From Chiloscyllium plagiosum (Eukaryota): DNA of 64,000 nt. A program made the translations under genes and the position numbers. This document shows, piece by piece, positions 12,072 to 24,700 of the stretch (positions are counted from its first letter, which is position 1; the number at the start of each line of letters is the position of its first letter). The notes beneath the pieces are model-generated. The model saw nothing but the letters and a program-made list of their open reading frames with translations, was not told the DNA's origin and made no database searches. The stretch lies in assembly GCF_004010195.1 (NCBI RefSeq), contig NC_057750.1, positions 9,806,062-9,870,061 on the forward strand, given 5' to 3'.

Positions 12072-12387
12072 GATTATAGGACAAGCCAAACAGAGAACAG
12101 CCAGGGAATTCCTAGAGGCATGGTGCTCATCCACAGATTCTATCAACAAACACATTGAACTGGACCCAATATACCGGCCACTGCAGCGGACAGCTGGAAC
12201 TGACAACCGGAAGCGGCAGAGACAAACCACTATAAATGCTGGAGGAAACATCACAGAAGCGCTTCACAGGAGGCTCCCAAGCACTGAGGATGTCACCTAG
12301 ACAGGGGACGAAACGTCTGCAACACAAATTCCCAGCTCGGCGAACAGAACCACAACAACGAGCACCCGAGCTACATATCTTCTCACA
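12072..12387 (+). mobile_element. Penelope-like element 3' fragment (GIY-YIG endonuclease C-terminal region plus hammerhead)
   Basis: Reads [37 protein letters not shown], homologous to ORF 20555..20839. Confidence 0.8.
12281..12320 (+). ncRNA. Minimal type-I hammerhead ribozyme motif
   Basis: GCA-CTGAGGA-T-GTCaCCT-agac-AGGgGAC-GAAAC-GTC|TGC; core intact; helix I GCA/TGC. Confidence 0.7.
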
Positions 12388-14893
12388 ATCAGTGTGGAAA
12401 AGGACATGGAAGATATAGAATGTGGGGAAATAGATGGTGACATCTTGAAAAATGTTCATATTACAGAGAGGAAGCGCTGGATGTCTTGAAACGCATAAAG
12501 GTGGATAAATTCCCAGGATCTGATCAGGCGTACCCTAAAACTCAATGGGAAACTAGAGAAGTGATTGCTGGGCCTCTTGCTGAGATATTTGTATCATCGA
12601 TTGTCACAGGTGAGGTGCTGGAAGACTGGAGGCTGGCTAACGTGGTGCACTGTTGAAGAAGGATGGTAAGGACAAGTCAGGGAACTATAGGCCAGTGAGC
12701 CTGATGGTGGTGGGCAAGTTGTTAGAGGGAATTCTGAGGGACAGGATGCACATGTATTTGGAAAGGCAAGGACTGATTAGGGATAGTCATCATGGCTTTG
12801 TGTGTGGGAAATCATGTCTCACAAACTTGATTGAGTTTTTTGAAGAAGTAACAAAGAGGATTGATGAGGGCAGAGGGTGGACATGACTTCAGTAAGTTAT
12901 TTGACAAGGTTCCCCATGAAAGACTGGTTAGCAAGGTTAGATCTCATGGAATACAGGGAGAACTAACCATTTGTATACAGAACTGGCTCAAAGGTAGAAG
13001 ACAGAGGGTGGTGGTGGAGGGTTATTTTTCAGACTGGAGGCCTGTGACCAATGGACTGCCACAAGGATCGGTGCTGGGTCCACTATTGTTTGTCATTTAT
13101 ATAAATGATTTGGATGTGAGCATAAGAGGTATAGTTAGTAAGTTTGCTGATGACAGACTTATACACTTAATGGTAAGGTCCTAGGGAACGTTGCTGAACA
13201 AAGAGACCTTGGAGTGCAGGTTTAAAGCTCCTTGAAAGTGGAGTCGCAGGTAGATAGGATAGTGAAGGAGGCATTTGGTATGCTTTCGTTTATTGGTCAG
13301 ATTATTGAGTTGGGAGTTGGGAGGTCATGTTGCGGCTGTACAGGACATTGGTTAGGCCACTGTTGGAATATTGCGTGCAATTCTGGTCTCCTTCCTATCG
13401 GAAAGATGTTGTGAAACTTGAAAGGGTTCAGAAAAGATTTACAAGGATGTTGCCAGGGTTGGAGGATTTGAGCTATAGGGAGAAGCTGAATAGGCTGGGG
13501 TTGTTTTCCCTGTAGTGTCGGAGGCTGAGGGGTACCTACTAGAGGTTTATAAAATCATAGGGTAAATAGCTAAGGTTTTTTCCCTGGGGTGGGGAGAGTC
13601 TAGAACTAGAAGGCATAGGTTTCGAGTGAGAGGGGAAAAGATATGAAAGAGACCTAAGGGGCAACCTTTTCACACAGAGGGTGGTGCAAATGTGGAATGA
13701 GCTGCCAGAGAAAGTGGTGGAGGCTGGTACAATTACAACATTTAAAAGGCATTTGGATGGGTATATGAATAGGAAGGGTTTGGAGGGATATGGGCCAGGT
13801 GCTGGCTAGTGGGACTAGATTGGGTTGGAATATCTGGTCGACATGGATGGGTTGGACCAAAGGGTCTGTTTCCATGCTGTACATCTCTATGACCCATTGC
13901 ACCGCTCCATTTCCCTCCTTTCAACTGATCCCCTGCCTCAAACATACTCAGTTTGCTAATGTAGTGTGTTAGGGAATCTTGGGATGCAATGGCAGTGGCC
14001 CTGTCTCTAAACCAGGACGCCTGGGTTCAAGTTCCACGTCCTCCAGAAGTGTACATTAACATCTCTAAACAGGGTTAATTAGGAAAAGAAAACGCACAAA
14101 CGTGTTGCAGGGTCTGATCTCACTATGATACACACAGAGAGGGGACCTTGCTCTGTGAAATTTGATCGCTCAGTTAAAGGTATCGTACCTTGATGAATTT
14201 GGTAAATCTGTAGACTTCACTTGGGATACAATGAGGTACTGCACTGTAATACAATAACAGATTTTCATTGAATCACATCCCAAAGAATACGGTGTTGATG
14301 TTAAGTAGCTCTTTCATTCAAAGCCAATAGAAGATGGTGATTGAGTTATTTAATTCATTCGGATGATGGCTGCCCTGAACTTCAAACATATTACCCAGTT
14401 TTTCCTACACGTTTACTGAGAGGTTTGGATCATAGTCCCTCCAACTCCTGAAGGCTGACCCATCCTTCACTCAGATACTGGCTGCAGACTATCCCAATTG
14501 CATCAGCCTGCATTCACACCCCACAATAAGCCAGCGATAATCTATCAATCCAATTTCAAATAACCGAGACTTGCCAGGGAAGAGGGACTCCTCACTGCTC
14601 TACCCGACAAACAGAATAGGGTGGGGATTTTTGTTCAGAGTTGGGGGATGAAGCACCCTCATGCATGCCCAACGCAATCATCTCTGCACGTTCTGTGCAA
14701 AGGGTCGTGCGAGTCGAAATGTTGAACTCTGATTTCTTTCCGCAGATGCTGAGCTTTTCCGGCAATTTCTATTTTGGTCTCTGATTTACAGCATCCGCAG
14801 TTCTTTCAGGTTTTGACCCCCACAAGCAAATTCTTTACCGACAGAAAAAGTCACCAGAGGTGGGAAATATTTTTCAATCAACTAACCACTACT

Positions 14894-15591
14894 TTTATTT
14901 CGGTGCTGAAAGTTGGACACAAGTAAATATCGAAGAGTGAGCACCGTTTGAGCTCTTTGCACAAATACTTTTTTTAAATGGATTATATTAGTGAAAAATA
15001 AACACCGAATCAACAATGGGGCACTCAGTTCAGAAATGCCCCCTCATGTTGGCATCAGTAGCTGGTACGTGACCTCGGAGTGAGCACTTACTTTGAAAAC
15101 TTGTTTTTTCAAATGCAACCGGAATAAAGCATTAACAGATATTTATCCACAGTTCTAACAAGTTCACACATGTCCTGCTTCAGAATTAGTTCATAAATTA
15201 ACCTCCACATATATACTGAAACTGGAATCAGAATTTCAGATGAATGAATAAATTCTTTATTTCTAAAATCTGTTATGCTCCCCGCCCCCCCCCACCCAGC
15301 CTTAAATGAACAGAGGCTGCCCTTTGACAAATAGCTGCAATTTAAACGTTATTAGTAATTTAATGTACCAAATATTCCACGCTGGAATACAGTGATTACA
15401 AAGTTATCATACTTAAATACAGATATGTTTCAGAACAAATACAGTACAGCACATTAACCTGGACTCCAAATTCACTTGTCTTCAACAGGATTATATTAAT
15501 ACAAAATCAGGAAGTTGATTATTACAGTCCATGGTCTCACTCTGTCTTTTTCAGTGAAACGTTAAACTTATGACAATACAAAGATGTTCAC
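14894..15591 (-). terminator. CLPTM1 3' UTR with two candidate AATAAA polyadenylation signals (15256-15261 and 14894-14899)
   Basis: Repeat-poor AT-rich sequence after the stop codon; TTTATT on the + strand at both sites. Confidence 0.55.
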
Positions 15592-15758
15592 TTAATCATT
15601 TTTCTTCTCTTCCTCCGGTTTCGCCATTAGAGCTTCAGGGGAACTATTTTCTTTTGACGCCTTCACAGAGTCCTCTCCACTTGTCCCGAATTCATTCATT
15701 CGAGTAGGATCCACTCGATAGATCCAGCGTTGGTACAAGTAGATAAAAAACACAACAT
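15592..15758 (-). CDS. CLPTM1: CLPTM1 last coding exon: (D)[54 protein letters not shown]
   Basis: aattag|AT GTT GTG...GAT TAA; 167 nt; absent from the ORF track. Confidence 0.95.
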
Positions 15759-18700
15759 CTAATTTGGGGGAAAAAAAACAAGGGGAGTCATCTCAGACAA
15801 GTGTAGACTGATCCATTCTACGGACACGTTAAGTCAAGGTCAGCCTGCTCTCGCATTCAAGAGTCTATAGTGCTATTCAAAAACATTGTGCCATTTATAA
15901 TTTATAATATTCAAAAACGAGACTCCCTCAGGGTCCAGACTTAAGAAACCTCAACACAGGTTATCCAATCATTCTCAGATGAACACTGGTGGGAAATGGA
16001 TGGGTGTTGCTGGGTTTTCCACATTATACCTGTTACTGCACTACAAAAGGACATCAGGGGCTGGGTTAAGAAATTGCAGGTCTTTTGTTTGTGGATGACA
16101 TCAGACTGCTGCATGCAGGTGACCCCAAAGCACTTTTCACAGCATTTGCAAACCAAACATCAACAGTATTTAGGAAGGTGATTCAGAGTTTGGGAGAAAC
16201 TTTTGAATCCCAAAAAATGTGAGCGCACACGAGGGGGGGGAAGCAGAGGCGCCTCAAGTAGGGGTTTCAACGGGCCAACTGAAGCTCTGCCATCAGTGAA
16301 AGGATGCAGAGATCTGAAAAGCTGAAGAGTTGCAGGAAGATCAGAGTGTCTTGCAGCGTGGAAAGAGGCCAGTCGGCCCATTGAGCCCACGCTGACCCTC
16401 CGAAGAACATCCCACCCAGACCCACTCAAAAACCCATAACCCCACATTTCCCATGGCTAATGCACTTAGCTTGCACATCACTGATCACTATATGCACCCT
16501 AACCTGCACATAGAGTCATAGAGATGTACAGCATGGAAAGAGACCCTTCGGTTCAACCTGTCCATACTGACCAGATATCCCAACCCAATCTAGTCCCACC
16601 TGCCAGCACCCGGCCCATATCCCTCCAAATCCTTTCTTTCATATACCCATCCAAATGCCTCTTAAATGTTGCAATTGTACCAGCCTCCACCACTTCCTCT
16701 GGCAGCTCATTCTTTGGACTGTGGGAGGAAACCCACGCAGACACGGGGCGAATATACAAACTCCACACAGACAGTTGCTCAAGGCTGGAATGGAAACCGG
16801 GTCCCTGGCACCGTGAAGCAGCAGTGCTAATCACTGAGCCACCGTGCTGCCCAGTTCAGTCAGAATTTTGTGACCGCTGGGATTCAACAGCAGAGTAGGG
16901 ACGGTCCTGCCATTACTATTGAGGGGCTGATTGGAAGCTGGTCAGGATGGTGCTTGAGATGGTTTGTCAAAGGGAGGAACTGGTGAGTTCTCTTTCCATT
17001 CCATGATCACTTAGTTTCCGAAGAATGTGAGGCACAGTAAAACCCAATGGAGTTGATCTCGAACCAACTAGTGCACTTCAGCTTGCACCCTTCCAATTGG
17101 TGAGATCGCTACAGGACTTGAGTTCTTGTAGGAGATGGGTATTGCTGGCTATCACTTATTGCCCATCCCTACTTCCATTCGACAGGAGGTGTGAGGCACT
17201 GCAGCACATAGTGAAGATCTTCCTATGGGACTAGATACTGTTTCAGGAAAAAATGTAGGAATGGCCTTTGTAGATATCTTCCCAAATCAAGATAGCAAGA
17301 GAGATGGCGGGGAACTTGCAGGTGTTATTTTCAGATTTGATCAAGGGATACTGACAAGGAGCATTTATTCCCCTTGGGAAGGTAGGTGTGAGGGTACACA
17401 CTGTAAGGGAGATGACAGCAAAGAGGCATCTCTCTCCTGCCTGATGCCAAGCTCTTATTTATGATCCAGGTGCTGGACCCAGCCAAGGAAGCGCATCATG
17501 TTTTTATTTCTGTTGTGGAGATGGTGGAGAGGCGTTGAGACATAAGGAGGTGAGTTAATTGTTCAGAACATCCAGCCTTGAACCAACTCTCACAGCCACA
17601 GCTTTTACGACGAGTTAAGTTTGTGGTCAATGGTAACTGTGGAGTATTCGGTGCTGGGAGGGCCATTAAATATCTTGGGGAGATGCGGAGGAATGCAACA
17701 GGAATTGGAGAAGGCGACTGCTTCATTAGGAGGATGGGGTGAAAATGGAGGATAAGTTCGGGATATCGGTTTGCTCACTGAGCTGAAAGGCTCATTTTCA
17801 GACGTTTCGTCACCATACTAGGTAACATCTTCAGTGAGCCTCTGGATGAAGCACTCATGTTTCCTGCTTTCTATTTATAGAATTTCTACAAATAGAAAGC
17901 AGGAAACATCAGCAGTGCTTTGTCCGGAAGCTCACTGAAGCGGTTTATCTAGTATGGTGACGAAACGTCTGAAAATGAACCTTCCAGCTCAGCGAGCAAA
18001 CCTACATCCAGAACCTCAATCTTCTCAAAACATGGGGGATGCGTTCTGGTCTGAAAACAACAAGTGCTGGAGATCACAGCGGGTCAGGCAGCATCCATGG
18101 AGAGACAGCAAGCGAGCCTTGCAAGCTCTGATGAAGAGTCATCTAGACTCGAAAGGTTAGCTTGCTCTCTCTCCACGGATGCTGCCTGACCCGCTGTGGT
18201 CTCCAGCATTTGTTGTTTTCATACCAGATTCCAGCATCTGTTGTAATTTGCTCCCACGATACGTTCTGCTCATCCTGTAAGAGGATGGATATTACTAAGC
18301 CAGAGAAGGTTCAGAAAGGATTTACTAGGATGTTGCCAGGAATTGAGATATAAGGAGAGGCTGGATAGGCTGGGACTTTTTACTGGAGCATAGAAGGTTG
18401 AGGGGTGACCTTATAGAGGTTCATAAAATCATGAGGGGGACAGACAGGTTTGACAGCAGGTGCCTTTTCCCTAGGGTAGGCAATTTCAAGACTAGGAGCA
18501 TATTTTTAAGGTGAGAGGAGAAGGATGTTTAAAAGAATGGAGACAATGTTTTTTCTTTAAACGTACAGAGTGGTGTGTGTGTGTGTAGAATGAACCTCCA
18601 GAGGAAGTGGTAGATGCAGGTACAGTCACAACATTTAAAAACATTTGGATAAGTACATGAATAAGAAATGTTTGGTGGGATATGGACCAAGCGCAAGCAG

Positions 18701-21700
18701 GTAGGACTATGGGATTATGTTCAGTCTGGACTGTTTGGGCCAAAGGGTCAGTTTCCGTGCTGTATGACTCTAACTGAATAGTTCAAGGGGCTCACCAGTA
18801 GTTAAGTCTCCATGGTGGATGGAGCAGTAAATGAGGAGGAATTGGAAATTAGAGAAGAACCTCAAACAGGATACAGAGCTGGAAGGAGTTATATTCCACA
18901 AAGGCTTCCTTACATCACATCCTGTCATGTGATCTGCCCTTATAATTCTTAACAAGGTTTCGAAATGTTCATCGTGCAATTTCCGAAGCCAAGTGTTCCA
19001 CATTATTCTAAAGTTCAAAAACCCAGAAGCAGAAAGGATTTTTTGCACTTTCTCTCATAAACCTGAAGCCTGAATCAACAACAAGAACGACTTCAGTTTA
19101 AAGGAGACAATTATATCTCCCTTCTTCAACACGCCAAGCTCAGACAGTTGCTTGTCAGTAGTCTGAATCCTGGAATCAATAATTATAGTCATATGAACAC
19201 ACACATTAGGGGATGATGTAGGTCCCTTGAGCCCGCTCCGTCATTTAATGATGATGTGGAGTTGCCGGGGTTAGATGTGGGGGGGGGGGGGGGGGGGGGT
19301 GGACAAACTCACATGACACCAGGTTATAGTCCTACAGGTTTATTTGAAACCGCTTTCGGAGTGCTGCTCCTTCGTTAGGTGAAGTGCACACTTCAGAAAA
19401 TCCCTAAAGTAACCTCTCCCCGCCCCCCCCGCTGGTTTATAAAGCGAGTAAGGCAAAAGATGGGAAATTATAGGCTGATTAGCCTGACCTCAGTTGTTGA
19501 TAAGATTTTGGAGTCCATTGTGAAGGATGAGATTTCTGAATATTTGGAAGTGTATGGTAAATAGGGTAAAGTCAGCATGGTTTCATCAAGGGGACGTCAT
19601 GCCTGACAAATCTGTTAGAAATCTTTGAGGAAGTAACGAGCAAGAGAGACCAAGGAGAGCCAATGGATGTTATCTATCTGGACTTGCAGGAAGACTTTGA
19701 TGTGGTGCTGCACAGGAGGCTGCTGAGTAAGATAAGGCCCATGGTGTTAGAAGCTAGGTACTAGTATGGATAGAAGATTGGGTGTCTGGTAGAAGGCAGA
19801 GTGTGGGGATTAAAAAAAGGTCCTTCTCAGGGTGGAAGCCAGTGTCTCGTGGCGTTCCGCAAGGGTCAGTGCTGGGACCACAACTTTTCACTTTATACAC
19901 TAATGATCTGGATGAGGGCATTCTGGCTAAGTTTGCTGACAATACAAAGATAGGTAGAGGGACTGGTAGCATTGAGGAGGTGGGGAGGCTGCAGAAGGAT
20001 TTGGACAGGTTAGGGGAGTGGGCAAAGAAATGGCAGATTGAATACAATGTGGGAAAGTGTGAGGTTGTACACTTTGGTAGGAAGAATAGAGGCAAGGACT
20101 ATTTTCTAAATGGGGAGAAAATTCAGAAATCTGAAGTGCAAAGAGACCTGGGAGTCCTAGATCAGGTTTAGCTTAAGGGAAACTTGCAGGTTGAGTCAGT
20201 AGTCAGGAAGACAAATACAATGTTGGCATTCATCTGAAGAGGACTTGAGTATAAAAGCAGGGATGTGTTTCTAAGGCTGGTCAGACCACTTTTAGAGTAT
20301 TGAGAGCAATTTTGGACCCCATACCTCAGGGATATACTGGTCCTGGAGCGGGTCCACAGGAGGTTCACGAGAACGGACCCAGGAATGTTTGAGGACTCTG
20401 GGTCTAGACTCAATGGAGTTTAGAAGAATAAGGGGTGGATCTAATTGAAACATACAGAATACTGAATGGCGCTGGTGGACGTTGCGAAGCTGTTTCCATT
20501 GGATGTAGGTTTGCTCACTGAGCTGGAAGGTTCATTTCCCGACGTTTCGTCAATCTACTTGGTAACATCTTCAGTGGGCCTCAGGTGAAACACCGCTGAA
20601 AATTCCTGCTTTCTATTTAAATGTTTGGCTTTCTTTGGGTTGGTGATGTCATTTCCTGTGGTAAAGTCACTTCCGGTTCCTTTTCTCAGGGGGTGGTAGA
20701 TGGGGTCTAACTCGATGTGTTTGTTGATTGCGTTCTGAATGGAATGCCATGCTTCTAGGAATTCTCGTGCGTGTCTCTGTTTGGCTTGTCCTAGGATAGA
20801 TGTGTTGTCCCAGTCAAAATGGTGTCCTTCCACATTCATTTGTAAGGATACTAGAGAGAGAGGGTCATGTCTTTTGTGGCTAGTTGGTGTCCATGTATCC
20901 TGGTGGCTAGTTTTCTGCAGGAATTTTCAGCGGTGTTTCGTCTGAGGCCCACTGAAGATGTTACCTAGTAGGGTGACAAAACGTCTGGAAATGAACCTTC
21001 CAGCTCAGCGAGCAAACCTACATCCAGAACTTCAACCTGAACTACAAATCTTCTCAAAACTCGCTAAGATGCTTCCATTGTTAGGAGAGACTAGGACTCG
21101 AGGGCACAGCCTTAGAGTAAAGGGAAAGTCCTCTAGAACGGAGATAAGGAGGAACTTCTTCAGGCAGACATTGGTGAATCTATGGAATTCATTGCCACAG
21201 GAGGCTGTGGAGGCCAGGTCATTGAGTATGTTAAGACAGAGATAGGTAGGTTCTTGATTGTCAAAGGGGTCAAAGGTTACGGGGAGAAGGTGGGAGAATT
21301 GGATTGAAGAACTTATCGGCCTCAAGTGAATGGCAGAGCAGACTGGATGAACCGAGTGGCCCAATTCCTGCTCCTGTGTCTTATGGTCCAACAGAAATGT
21401 CGCCAGCCAAGTTAAAGGTGCACACTGAGAATACCCATCTTCATTGTCCATAACTGAGGGATGTAAAAGAGTCATCTAATCAGTGGATAAATTTATTGAA
21501 ATGATGCAATCACTTACCATCTCTCAAACATCCTATTCTGTACATCATTGGCATTTTGATAACAAATGCAAAGAGATCATCAATAAAGGTATTTAGTGCT
21601 TTGTAGGTAAGCATCCTCCACGGGAGATGAGCTACTGACTTTAGCTTATAATTAATGAAAAGCTGTGGTGTCATTGTTATAAATCCTGGAAGGAGGAAAC

Positions 21701-24700
21701 AAAATAGACACTTATAATCTTCAGACACACAACAGGCCATTCATCCCATCATGCTCATACTGGCTCTTTGATAGAGCTAACTGACTTAGAATAAAGAAAC
21801 AGCCAACTTTGTTCAGATTGATCAAACTGATCTGCAATCTAATTCCATAGCTTGGCACACAGCCCTGAACATCGCTGAATAACAAAAATCTCTCCGACAA
21901 TTCATCGGACATTAAAAGCTCTTCAAGGAAGTGGGTCCCAAACTTTGCGAATCTTCTCATTCCAACTCTGAAAGGCCTGGTATTATATTTAAAGACCATG
22001 CAGAATTTGAATACACTGGAAATTAAAACTTCAAGGGTTGCTACAGGAATATAATTTCGTAACACTTGCGTCCCTCCTCCCATGCAGCTTCCAATGTAAA
22101 AGTATTAACTTCAGGCCACTGCAATTAACAATTATCAGCACTCAATGTGCTCATCTCACACCTGCTGGATTTGAACCCAGCCTGAATAATCTGGATTTAG
22201 GACATTGAAACATTGAAGGTGGATTAGTGAAGCGATGTTCTGGATGTTCAGCAAATGATCATTAATCTGGTAGAAAAATCTGCATTACCTGAGCATACTA
22301 ATACTTGACACTGCAGGTTTATCAAGGGGGAATAAATATAATCAGGAATTCAGTGATAGCCCCAGGATTATAAATCCCACATTTGCCACTAAATTGTATT
22401 AAGTATCTATGCTAATGCTAAGAAGCGATGAATCATTTTGCACCCAAATAGTATGTTAATTGTTAACCGGTGTGTGGCACGAACATTTCCTTCTTCTCAG
22501 CTTTCCCCACCCCCACTGACTTCTGTATTCAAATAGATCATTCTCCTGGATATCTGCCAGCTCCAGCATGATGCATGCACCAAACATCTTCCTCAGCCTT
22601 CCTTTTAAGAGCTTTAGTTGGAAATATCCTCCCTGCAACATCCTAGACCATTCTTCAGTCACCTTGAACACACCCTCCTTGGACACGAGATTAGAGTAGA
22701 TTCCCTACAGTGTGGAAACAGGCTTTTCGGCCCAACCAGTCCACACCGACCCTCCGGCGAGTAACCCACCCAGACCCATTTCCCTCTGACTAATGCACCT
22801 AGCACTATGGGCAATTTAGCATGGCCAATTCACCTGACCTGCACATCTTTGGACTGTGGGAGGAAACCGGAGCACCCGGAGGAAACCCACGCAGACATGG
22901 GGAGAATGTGCAAACTCCACACAGACAGTCGGTTAAGGCTGGAATCGAACCTGGGACCCTGGCGCTGTGAGGCAGCAGTGCTAACCACTGAGCCACTGTG
23001 CTGCCCATCACCGATGTGACCTCATCTCTCAGGATGCTGACTCAAACCAGTTTCACCATTCTGTTCTGTTGCACGGTCATGGAGTTGACATGTTAACTGT
23101 GCTCCCGACTGTAAATTAACTACCTGGACTCATTAACAGGAATTAAATAAACTGGAAGCCAGTCTCGAAAAGGACTGACTGGACCTCACCTGACCGATTC
23201 TACTCGTGTTCCTCCCGAGGAGCTTTCTGAATCTTTCTGAGGACCTTTTTTTGGTTATGTTTGAGTCTTGTATTCAAGCTAAACAATAATCCCAGACCTG
23301 GTGAAATCAGTGACTTAGCTCTGTCAACTGTGTCCTATACTCCCCACTCCCTTCTACTGCCAAGACTTAACATTAAATCTTGCAAAGTAATCAGTTAATT
23401 GGAACATTTGTACAGGATTCAGCATTAGATTTCAATTGCAGAATCAACTCACCAGTTAAAGTCAGTAACTTGAGTCCATGGTAAACCAGAGAGCCTTTTT
23501 TGTTATAGTATGGCATTTCATAGAAAGTTTTGCAAGTGGTTTGTACTCACCGAATGTCAATAAGAAGCCATACAGCATACTCAACACCCAGGAATACCAG
23601 CTTTTGTGCTCCATATACAATAAGCTATAGACAGCATAGCAACCCAACAGTGGGAACAGAATCCAAGACAAATATTTAAAAGCCATCTGAAAAAGAACAG
23701 GTATAGATCATTACCCATCCAATAACTACTTCTAAAGCAACTAAGTGCCTCTAGATTAGCTCCGCAGGCTATTAGGGAAACAATTTGATTTGGTGAGCTC
23801 AAGGACTTATGCATTTGTACTGAATCCCAAATGACAAAAGCCTTACAAACAGGAACCCAAGAAAGCCTTTCCTATTATATAAAATAAATCTCATCATTCA
23901 GGTTGCATCTTTTTTTTATTGAAAAGACTGTACTGCCGAACTTCCTTCTGGATGGCATCATCACGAAATATTCATGATAACGAACTGAAAGTTTGTGCTG
24001 TTTGTTAAAATGAGTTCCTAATCACTTTGTCGAGTCACCTCCTGGAAATAAGACTCTACCCAATTCCATTTACAACAATAAGTGGACGAGTCAAGATCAA
24101 GGAGAAGGTACAGCACACAAACAGATATGCGCCTTCACCTACTTGGCTTACGGCCCCTAAACCTATCACCATATCCTTCTTTTCCCATCTTGCTCATTTA
24201 CAGACTGAACTTCCTTTGAAAAAATACCTATTCTATTCCCTCCACTGTTCAACATTTAGAGAGCCACGCTGGCTCTCTACAGACTGACTCAGACAGTCCC
24301 ATTCCCTCCGCTCCATCCTCGTAGCCCCCTAAGTTTACTTCCCTCAAGTGTCCACTCAGTTTCTTTTTGAAATCATTGATCACCTTGGCTCCACCACAGA
24401 CAACACGTTCCAGGGTGACTGCTATCTGCTGCATGAAATTCTTCTTCGTATTTCTTTCTGTCCCCGCTCCCCACTTTCCACCTCCAAACTCACCGCCCCC
24501 CCCCCCCCAATAACCCCACCTCCACGAAACCTTAAATCTAGGTCATGCACTCCTTCAACCATCAGCTAATGTGTATCTATGGGCGGCACTATAGCTCAGT
24601 GGTTAGCACTGCTGCCTCACAGCACAGGGTCCCAGGTTTGATTCCAGCCTTGAGCGACTGTCTGTGAGGAGTTTGCACATTCTCCCCGTGTCTGCGTGGG

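Larger units (their letters stand above)
11245..13893 (+). mobile_element. CR1 LINE: end of esterase-type ORF1, then APE and RT remnants; internal deletion with a Penelope insert at the junction
   Basis: RVVISGLLPV (ORF1); [19 protein letters not shown] and KFADD (RT); CR1 3' tail. Confidence 0.9.
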
